64,000 bases of DNA from NCBI GenBank assembly GCA_964658305.1, contig OZ210884.1, forward strand, positions 620,001 through 684,000. Reading direction: 5' to 3'. The notes beneath the pieces are model-generated. The model was not told the DNA's origin. It ran no database searches and was given only the letters and a program-made list of their open reading frames with translations. Origin of the DNA: Leptogorgia sarmentosa (Eukaryota). Shown here piece after piece: positions 1 to 9,021 of the stretch (positions are counted from its first letter, which is position 1; every line of letters begins with the position of its first letter). Both the position numbers and the translations under genes were made by a program.

Positions 1-141
1 TAGATGCTTTATTTCCGACCTAAAATTGTTAAATAATGCACAACACACATTCAAATGACGTTTATAAATGACTTTCAAACTTAATCAAACTAAAATAACA
101 TTACATTATTCTTGCCTTCTGTATTCTAAAGATAACAGACG

Positions 142-1035
142 CGCGGCGAAGTCGCTACGCTACATTTGCCGTATATCCCGCCTCCTTCGCGTAAATATAT
201 CCTCTTGTGCTGATTAGTGATTACCCTACGAATTTCTTCCCACATTTGGCTTTCATATTTTCTTTTACGTCCTGCATTTTTTCGTTTATCTCCACGCGTG
301 CCTACCGGAAAGGGCGCCATCTTGATTATAATCCGCTATACCAACGCTATCAAATTTCACTATGCGCAGAACGAGATGCGCATGCGGTGACACTGCTCCT
401 TTAACTTAAAACTTTTTTTTTCAATATTTTCCCGACTTTTGTTGTTAGGGTTAGTATTTTAGGGTTTGGGTTGGGATTAAGCGTATTTCAAAATTTTAAA
501 TTTGTCATAAATTAGGCAAAAAGCGAGCAGGAAAGGCATCGACAGTAGGTTTTACGGTACATCTGGCGAGGGAAGTAATTAGTATGCAAGGAGGGCGAGT
601 GCCTTAGCGCCGGAAGTAATTAGTATGCAATGAGTAATTAGTAACGTAACCGCGGCATGTGTTCCAGATACGCGTCCGTGTTATAAAAGTAAACTTGTAT
701 GCATATAGAAAGGGTAGAATTTTTCGGTAAAAGAGATATAATGTCCGACTAAAAGTTTAAAAGATGGGGGTTAGTTGATTATATCTCTTTTACCGAAAAA
801 TTCTACCCTTTCTATATGCATACAAGTTTACTTTTATAACACGGACGCGTATCTGGAACACATGCCGCGGTTACGTTACTAATTACTCATTGCATACTAA
901 TTACTTCCGGCGCTAATTAAGGCACTCGCCCTCCTTGCATACTAATTACTTCCCTCGCCAGATGTACCGTAAAACCTACTATCGACCGTTTTGGAAGGCA
1001 ACGACCGTTTACGAAAGGGAAAATTGCAGCGCCGC
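142..1035. mobile_element. Non-autonomous repeat ('GGGTTAGG'-motif family), host of the fold-back element at 544-980; boundaries approximate
   Basis: 461-540 and 987-1030 (GGTTTGGGTTGGGATTAAGCGTA...GCAAAAAGCGAGCAGGA...GGAAGGCAACGACCGTTTAC) are clearly homologous to 30730-30803 and 31240-31290. Confidence 0.55.
544..980. mobile_element. Fold-back non-autonomous element with Polinton/Maverick-type ends
   Basis: Left arm 544-742 and right arm 778-980 are near-perfect inverted repeats (one 4-bp indel), with a 35-bp spacer; termini AGTAGG...CCTACT; exact 6-bp TSD ATCGAC at 538-543 and 981-986. Confidence 0.8.
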
Positions 1036-1187
1036 TGGTATAGTTCAAATTATACTTCACACTCTCCGGTCGAAATGTATGGAATACTTACGGTAGATTG
1101 CAAAGCAACAAGTACAGGTAACGAACAACTAGCGTGCTTCGCGAATAACAGAATAACAGAGGAACAAATAAGAACTTTATTGTCTTT

Positions 1188-2870
1188 TTACGTGGACAAA
1201 ACAGTTGTCCCAAACGAAACAGGAAGTGATGGGTTGTAGTAAAACTTAGTAAATGTGGATTCGTTCGTCCAATCGGCCATGGACAATATTGTTCCAATAC
1301 CCATGCCGGCGCGCCTTGCTGCTGATGTCGAGGCTCCTCGGACGGAGTGCCCTTTGAATATGTCCTCAATCCCCGCGAGGGCAATAATTTCTTTGAGCCA
1401 GCGAGAAAGTGTAGCTGATGTAACGGGCTTGTGAGGTTTCTTGAGTGCCAGGAAGAGTCTCTGTTGCATGTTGTCGGTTGAAGGACGCCATATTTTCGTT
1501 TTCTCTAAGTAGGTCGATAAACATTTAACCGGACAAAGATGAGCATCCTGAGAGAATTTTGGGTAGACGGACTCGCCCAGAGATCCATTATGTGACCGCT
1601 TACGGTAGGTTGTGTGGAGGAACTTGGTACCTTCTGGGTATTGACGCATGTACCTGACGTCCAATGTAGCCATTATACAGGGTGTATCAAAAAAAAGTTT
1701 ACTCGCGAAAAATGTCTTTTAGGCCGAAGCGCACGCACCCCATTGCAAACCATTGGTACATCTAAGTAGTTTGAGCCCTTCGGATACATCCTACACTAAA
1801 AGTTTGCAGAAAACGACCATTTTACGACTACGAAAAGTGTTATAAAAAGCCGTAGTAAAAATGGCTTGCGCGAAAAAATGTGAGGCGAAAAATGAAATTT
1901 GATTTGACAGCCTAAATCTATCGAACAAGTTTCATAAGTTATTCAAGTTTTGAGAAATTTGGTGCACGCTGAGACGAACGTGCGATGTCCGAAAACTGGA
2001 TTTTCCGCAATTTCTTCGCGTAATTACGTACCTTTGGGAATTAGCTTCCAATTTGCATTGGTAATTAATGCAAATATCCAATTATGCACAAATTAATCGG
2101 TAATCACGCAGGAAAGAACGCAAAATCCAGTTTTCGGACATCGCACGTTCGTCTCAGCGTGCACCAAATTTCTCAAAACTTGAATAACTTATGAAACTTG
2201 TTCGATAGATTTAGGCTGTCAAATCAAATTGCATTTTTCGCCTCACATTTTTTCGCGCAAGCCATTTTTACTACGGCTTTTTATAACACTTTTCGTAGTC
2301 GTAAAATGGTCGTTTTCTGCAAACTTTTAGCGTAGGATGTATCCGAAGGGCTCAAACTACTTAGATATACCAATGGTTTGCAATGGGGTGCGTGCGCTTC
2401 GGCCTAAAAGACATTTTTCGCGAGTAAACTTTTTTTTGATACACCCTGTAGAGCTTCTCTCCGGGCATGTCAGCGCCATCAACATACACAATTTCAGAGA
2501 AAGATGTTTGAACGACAAAGACGAATTCTCCCCAAGCGTGGACAAGAAATTGGTAACTGTCTTTACGTCCCATGTGAGTTGATAACGAGGTTGTGGTGGG
2601 CGAGCAATAGAAATCCCTTTCATTAAACTAACGACCATAGCGTGTTGACCAACTGGTTTATTGTTTATGTGTGCGTGTGCAGAGGATGTTGCTGATCGAA
2701 GAACATTGACCGTTCTGTATTGTTTGTCTTCAGAATATTGTTCAGGGCTACTCCACTTAGCCCATGCGCAATTGTACGATTTGGCGGTTGTGGTCTTGAC
2801 GCTGTTTGCGAGAAGGTCGACAGCCGTGTTTGAAAGGCCTGCTGAAGCGAAATGTCCCCTGATATTCTCC
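1188..2870 (-). pseudogene. DIRS tyrosine recombinase, split by the MITE at 1678-2448 (5' boundary approximate)
   Basis: Motifs YRTVNVLRSATSSAH, LTCPERSS (catalytic Arg), LCPV, GHSVRGAS (HxxR), ADW, FTKFY (catalytic Tyr). Removing the MITE plus one TA gives in-frame ...CPERSS-I-MATLDV... Confidence 0.92.
1678..2448. mobile_element. Tc1/mariner-type fold-back MITE (771 bp)
   Basis: TA-CAGGGTGTATCAAAAAAAAG...CTTTTTTTTGATACACCCTG-TA; ~325-bp near-identical arms; TA TSD at 1676-77 and 2449-50. Confidence 0.9.
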
Positions 2871-4183
2871 GGACGGCCAGCTTGAGCGTGGGAAACAGTG
2901 GGTGGATTTGCCCTGGATTCGGCATATCCGCTAGGAGTGCTGGGTCGTCTCCCAGGTAAACAGGATAGTCGATCAGCATCCCGATTAATAGGGGCCACCA
3001 AGGTTGGGCTGACCACATGGGAGCTACTAACGTCAGAGTTGCCGTCTCTGCTCTCGTTTTGTGGAGGACTGCATGAAATAGGTTGAATGCTGGGAAGGCG
3101 TACGCTCTGATGTTGGACCAGCTCATTGTGAAGGCATCTGTGTGAAGTGCTTGGGGATCGGGTCTCCAGATGACATACCGATCTAGCTGGTGAACTTGAA
3201 AATCTGTAATCAATGGGTGGATTATGGAAATTTGGTCTACTTGAAAATCTGTAATCAATGGGTGGATTACGGACGTTTTGAGTTTCCGGTCGTTCCAATC
3301 TCGAGTAGTTCGAGACTCGATGTCCGCTGCTGTGTTGGTTATGCCGGGAATATGCTGTGCGATGAGAAATATGCGTTTCTTCTCGTACCATTCCCATATT
3401 GCTAGCGTCAATTGGAGAAGTTGGGGACTGTGTTTCCCACCCAAATTGTTCAAGTAAGCTACAGCTGTACTGTTGTCTAATTTCAAGCAAATCACTTTGT
3501 CTGTCATGTCTTTCACGAAAGACGTCAGAGCGAAGAACGCTGCTTTGAGCTCGAGGATGTTGATGTGATCCTTTGCCTCCCAATGCGACCACCTCCCCCC
3601 TGTTCGTAGGGTGCCGAAGGACGCCCCCCAGGCCCTTTTGGAGGGCCTTTTGGAGGCGTTAGTGTAAGGTCTGCTGTTGGAGGAAGTATGCGACTTCCTT
3701 TCAGCGAGTGTAAATTGCTGATCCACCGACAGGTCGGTTTTCGCGGTTGTGGTCAAACGTATTTGTTGGTCGTAATTGTTCCACCTTTGTTGAGATTTGA
3801 TCTGGAGCTCCTGAAGGTGCATGGCGAAAATGCAGTGGGTCGGATCACACTGCCAGTCGGCAGAATTCTAGGAGACCTAACACCCGGGAGAGATGTCGAA
3901 TTGTTGGGCGTTGTTCGCGTAAAAGCTTTAAGCATTCTTTGCGAATTGATTGGGTTTCCGTTTCCGGCAGGATGAACAACATGTTCACCGAGTCTATTAG
4001 AAGACCCAGAAATTGAATCTTCTGGGTAGGAATCAACATCGACTTGTCGTAATTTATCAAAAATCCCAATGATTCTAGAAGTTGAATCGTCATTAGTTTG
4101 TGGCGAGTTAACACTTCGACGGAAGCAGCTATGATCAGAATGTCGTCCAAGTAGATTATCAGGCGAATACCCTGGCCGCGAAG

Positions 4184-5117
4184 CAAGGGCGTCAATCCTG
4201 GGGGGGATGGGGGGACGCGTCCCCCCCCCCCCCACTTTTTGAAGTGGGGGGGACGAATATCTAATTATCCCCCCCCCCACTTTTTATCATGTTTAAAAAA
4301 ATTGTTTTTTGGTAATCTTAAAACCCCATGCCTGTATGTTATACATTGTGAATTGTGAAGTACAATCAACAATCTGAGATCAGAAGAAAACTATTCGGAG
4401 CGTTCGAATATTTCTGCGAATGAAATCCTAATTGGAAAGGCAATAAACGGACCTCAGCCAGGTACACACGTTCAAATTTGCTTTTGTTTTATTGATCATT
4501 TATGTACAATTGATATAATTGTTAAAGAAATCATTTCATTTGCGATTCAAATCATTATTGTTTTATAAAAAATAATACGTATTCGAATAATACACATTCG
4601 ACATCGACAAAAAATTCTCATATAATTTAGGCAAGAAATTCGGCGGAATTATTTTAGTAAAAATCGTTCCCAGAACGCTGAAAATGGTTTTGTGCATGAT
4701 GTTTCAAATTTCCAAATTTTTCGGGGAAGATTGCCCCCAGACCCTTCTAGAAAGGGGCACGTTTCATTACTATTCTACAACAGACACATTTTTGTCCCCC
4801 CCTCATAGGCGTACGAGGCGGGGGGACAAGGGGGGCAAAACTGCCCCCCAAAAAATTCAAATAATGTCAACAATCCTCCAGTCGTTCACCTGAACGAGCG
4901 TACCAAGATAGTGGAGTTAGGACTCTGAAATCGCCGTTTCCGGCAAACCAGAGGTTGTAAAAGTTCAAAAATTTCTCGCTCGGCGCCAACCATGGTGGCG
5001 CCTCGTGACATTCACTACCCTCAAATTCGGGTAAATATCTTTCTGGCCCCTCCCTGAAAAAATGTAGCCCGTACGCTTATGGTCCCCCCCACTTTTTGGA
5101 ACGGATTGACGCCCTTG
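4184..5117. mobile_element. hAT-type MITE (family A, 934 bp) inserted in DIRS RT
   Basis: TIR CAAGGGCGTCAATCC / GGATTGACGCCCTTG; exact 8-bp TSD CCGCGAAG (4176-83, 5118-25); the empty site restores AWLRGQGIRLIIYLDD. Confidence 0.92.
4804..5081. mobile_element. hAT-type MITE (family B) nested inside the family-A MITE
   Basis: TIR CATAGGCGTACG / CGTACGCTTATG, same ends as 7399-7814; flanked by GTCCCCCCC direct repeats (4794-4802, 5082-5090). Confidence 0.75.
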
Positions 5118-5419
5118 CCGCGAAGCCAGGCTACTACTGCTTTTAGGAGCTCCGTGAAAACTCTTGGAGCTACGTTCAGCCCGAATGGCATGGCTTTGAA
5201 CTGGTAGGACTTGTTGCGCCACATAAAACGAAGGAATCGCTGAGACTCTGGATGAATTGGGACAGACAGATAGGCATCGGTCAAGTCGATATTTGTCATG
5301 TAATCGCCGTGGGTCAACAGCGACTTTAGAGTGTTGAGATTTTCCGTTTTGAAATGAGTTGTTTGTATAAATGTATTTAGCGGGCTTAGATCTATACTGG
5401 GCGATAGCCCCCGTTTCTT

Positions 5420-6416
5420 CCTTTGACAGGGTTTGTTTACTTTCAAGTAAGTCATGAAGCACTGTCAGGGCCTCCACAGACGAGACGCCTAGTTAACGAC
5501 AACTAATAGTTTCCCTTCCAAAAAGGGAAACTGCTCATCGTTGTGGACAATGTCACGTCTGATAGGTTTTTATCGTCTGTGGAGGTCAACACTTAGTTGT
5601 CGACAACTATCGGTAACTTCGTTGTCTCTGTTCAGCGGCATGAGCATGCGGGGAAACAACAAGTTACCGAGATCTCGTTGATTTTCCTTATTTATCACTA
5701 ACAAACTAAATGGTGTGTGAATGCATAAAAATTCCGCAAGGAGTAGTTGACAACTATATGTCGTCGACAACTATTAGTTGTCGACAACTAACCGTTTTGT
5801 CTGTGGAGGCCCTCAAGGGCGCTGCGGCATTCAACACATGGCGTTGAACCTTGGAAAGCTCCTTATCCCGATTCTCTGCCGTTTTCTTATAGGAAGGAGA
5901 AATCTGATCCGCTAGGGATTTGTCTAGCTTTGGCGTAAGAAAGACTTCCATGTCTGGGAGAGCTGTCTCTCCAAGTATTGTAAAAATTTGAGATGAAGAT
6001 ACGTTGCGACGAAAATTAGTGTTTAGAAACTCTTTGAACCCTTCTGAGGGATTCCAACCCGCCGATTCTGCGGTGGGATTAAATAACTGAACCTTTTCGG
6101 GTTCGCTGTCATGAGGCAAGGCTTTCCCGCTAGCCTCTGGCTGCGGTATGGTCGCCTCGTCCACGTTGTTTGTGTTATGCACAGGGTCGAGCGATTTGCT
6201 CGTTGTGGGGCCATCTCCGTGGCCATAATTGCAGTCCAAAGGTATTGGACAAGAAATGTCGAACCCCTGATCGGGTGAGACCATCACCGACAGTTGATCC
6301 TGATATTCGGAGTCGTCTTTGCCAGACGAATGATCAGGAACGAAGTCGTCACGCTCGAGTGTCACTTGCTCGTTCGAGCGCTCAGCTTGGTTGTTTTGCC
6401 TTTTCGATGAACTCAT
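5420..6416 (-). pseudogene. DIRS gag-like ORF1, split by a Harbinger MITE and C-terminally deleted
   Basis: ORF 5754-6416 (...TPKLDKSL...RDKELSKVQRHVLNAAAPL) continues in frame as TVLHDLLESKQTLSKEE once 5468-5812 plus one TCA is removed, then jumps directly into RT (GYRPV.DL) sequence. Confidence 0.75.
5468..5812. mobile_element. PIF/Harbinger-type MITE (345 bp)
   Basis: TIR GGGCCTCCACAGAC / GTCTGTGGAGGCCC; 3-bp TSD TCA (5465-67, 5813-15); internal palindromic TAGTTGTCGACAACTA repeats. Confidence 0.88.
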
Positions 6417-6532
6417 AGTAACTTAGTACACGGGGGAGAAAATATACACCAAACAAGAAGAAAACTATCAACAAATTTACGCGTAAGGTGGCTAAAACTT
6501 ACCTGCTGAGAAAATACTGTGTGACTCCGAAC

Positions 6533-7194
6533 CACTGAGCTATACTTAATATATCTGGAGATCAGGTCGTAATACCTCGCCGTACAAAATAGTGTCGCAA
6601 AAAACATGGCGGATTTTAGCCAAATTTACGTCATTATGACGTAGTAAGTCCCCTTTTTCGGGGGACTAACCACTGACCAATTAACATTGCCGTAAGTGAG
6701 CAGTTTTCTCACCCCCCCCCCCCTGTCTGAAAAAAAAATACTAAAATACCAGCTAACATCACGTCAAAGTTTTAAATTCAAAACAATATTTCTTTGAATT
6801 TTGCTATGTTTACGGATGTCACAACTCCTTTGACAACAAAGAACTGTCGTCACACTGGTCCATTCCTGTCCTCTTTAATCAATCGCGTTCGGTATTTATA
6901 GGCGCGTACATCAACAAATACAACAATATATTTTTGAGATGTAAGAGAATTTTAATACTTTAACTCAATTCTTTAAAAAAATATAAAAACAGCACTGCAG
7001 TAGCTATATATATTTATATATAAAATCGTACAGTAAAATCCAGGGGGGATTGGAAACGGTGCCTGCACACACTTCAACTGTGGTCAGTAATTACCATCAT
7101 GAGAATAGGGGACGTGTGACGTAAAATCCGCCATGTTTTTGGCGACACCTTTCAGTGAAGTGCCTGATCTCCAGATTAATAATATAGCTCAGTG
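6533..7194. mobile_element. 8-bp-TSD MITE (hAT or P superfamily; CACTGAGCTA family, 662 bp)
   Basis: TIR CACTGAGCTATA / TATAGCTCAGTG plus subterminal inverted blocks (ATCTGGAGATCAGG; GTGTCGC..AAAAACATGGCGGATTTT); exact TSD CTCCGAAC (6525-32, 7195-7202). Confidence 0.88.
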
Positions 7195-7398
7195 CTCCGA
7201 ACGCACCGATGAAAAAAGTCGAAGGTGTTTGCCGGGGGCTCCCGGTTAGAGGCATAATGCAGGGGCTATTTCAGTATTTCCTGCGCTTTTTTTTGCGGTG
7301 GCAGCCCCAGTGCTTTCTATGGGTGACTCCGACACCGGATGGACTACGTCATACCGTAAGTATTCCATACATTTCGACCGGAGAGTGTGAAGTATAAA

Positions 7399-7814
7399 CA
7401 TAGGCGTACGGGACCAAATTATTCGGGGGGGCTGGACGGTTTGCCCGAAAAATTTTCCAATCGCGTGAATTGTAATTTCAAAACATATTTAAGTCTCTCT
7501 CCTCCCCCCCCCCCCCCCGCCCGAAAAATTTTCCAATCGCGTGAATTGTAATTTCAAAACATATTTAAGTCTCTCCTCTCCCCCCCTCCCTCCCCCGCTC
7601 GCCAAATTTTTTTCAGATAACTGCGTGTAGAAACAGCTTTTATGCCATGAAAGATTTTGTTATGTTCCATTTTCTTGAACATATTGCCCGAAAAACCGAA
7701 ATATATTGCCCAAAAATCGAAATATATTGCCCAAAAATTGTCCATTTAATCCAAGCTGGGGGAGCTGTAGCCCCCCAGCCCCCCAGCCCCCCCTCCCCGC
7801 CTCGTACGCCTATG
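7399..7814. mobile_element. hAT-type MITE (family B, 416 bp) inserted in the DIRS terminal repeat
   Basis: TIR CATAGGCGTACG / CGTACGCCTATG; TSD AGTATAAA / AGTATAAT (7391-98, 7815-22); internal ~76-bp and 20-bp tandem duplications. Confidence 0.88.
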
Positions 7815-9021
7815 AGTATAATTTCTAAGAAACTGAAGCTTATCAGGCCGTACTGTGACGACAAGAAGAAAAACATTCCCCAAGCGAATTTTATTGTCCT
7901 GGAGAAAGAAATTAGGGAAATGAGCCACTCGAATGCTACGTTTCAAGGTGAAAATAACGTCGAACACAACAACAGTTCGGAAAATAAATGTTGCAAACAT
8001 TCAATCACAGCACTTCAATGACTTTATTTGCACGGATCGTTTGTTGTTTATTGTCGAGAAATTCATTACAGAATTTTTTATTGTTTTTTCATCAGTAAAA
8101 TGCAATAGTATATATAACATCATTAAAAAAGTATAATTGGCTAATTATGGTCACATGATATATAAATAAAAAGTTCGAAAAGTGCAACGGAATAAGTTCC
8201 ATTGCCTTCTTGAGGAACGCAATACTACTACGCGTTTTAGCCATTGCACTCTCAGTATTTCATAAATCCGTCAAATGAAATAGCTATATTAATACACATC
8301 TAGTACATCATAAGGCAGCTTTTATATGAAACACTTTCATAAAGGTTAGTTGCTTTTGTAATCTGTTTCGTATTTAATCCTTTTTTCAAATTTAAATCAA
8401 TAGTTTGAAGGGTTCATTTTGGGAGGGGCCCACAACGAGTTCATATTGTCTCGACCCTGCCAGCCCGCCACTGCTCCGGTATCGGTTATGAGGTGAATGG
8501 CATTCAAGTGTTTGAAACTGAAATTTGACTTAAATGTGTGTTGTAAATTCTATTTAACTTGGAAGTTTATTAAACTATTTTGAAACACGAAATTGTGGCA
8601 TTACATAAAACAATTTTTCGGCGGCTCTGTTCTTGTTGAATTCAAATGGAACTATCACTCTATCAGTCGTTCACCTCATAAAAATACCGATTCGTAATTT
8701 TTTTATTTTTTGCGTAAAATAAACTTGACGTAATTCATTTTACGTACGTGCACGCTCGTATCAAAAACGCTTAAAACGTTTTCTATGTAAAGTTTCGGCG
8801 TCAACGTTTTTGATGTACGGAAATATGGAATTCATTTCAGATCTTGACCAAGATATATCGAGAAATAAGTTTAATATCTCCGCACATCCATTCTGTTTAT
8901 CATGATATGTAAAATTGCCCCATTAGGGTATATACATGCTTCTCTCTATATAACCCAATATATTCTTCTATAACCTACATTAGTTACAAATCATACTGTA
9001 CAGGTGCAAGAACCAATTCAT

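Larger units (their letters stand above)
2860..5420 (-). pseudogene. DIRS pol: reverse transcriptase, RNase H and methyltransferase-like domain; frameshifted and split by a hAT MITE
   Basis: IDLTDAYLSVPI, MPFGLNVAPRVFT, IIYLDDILI (RT); T(N)AS..WGA, HINILELKA, DNSTAVAYLN, HIPGITNTAADIESR (RNase H); DAFTMSW, YAFPA, VAPMWSAQPWWPLL (DIRS MT-like). In-frame stop near 3845. Confidence 0.92.
1047..7824 (-). mobile_element. DIRS-type (tyrosine recombinase) retrotransposon, degenerate, with six nested MITE insertions
   Basis: gag-like, RT (YLDD), RNase H, MT-like and YR coding segments in DIRS order on the minus strand; 49-bp perfect inverted termini at 1047-1095 and 7352-7390+7815-7824; no TSD. Confidence 0.92.

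Noticed and set aside
440..480. TTAGGG-like motifs as interstitial telomere (also ~20130, ~31100, ~61410)
   Set aside because: Only 1-2 degenerate units, embedded in dispersed repeat families.
2357..3592. 411-aa ORF as an intact stand-alone protein
   Set aside because: Its N-terminal part is the alternative frame overlapping RNase H/MT, and its C-terminus runs into the MITE. Only the middle is genuine YR sequence.
5570..5795. Repeated TAGTTGTCGACAACTA palindromes resembling a CRISPR or operator array
   Set aside because: They are irregularly spaced internal motifs of a Harbinger MITE in eukaryotic DNA, with no spacers or cas genes.
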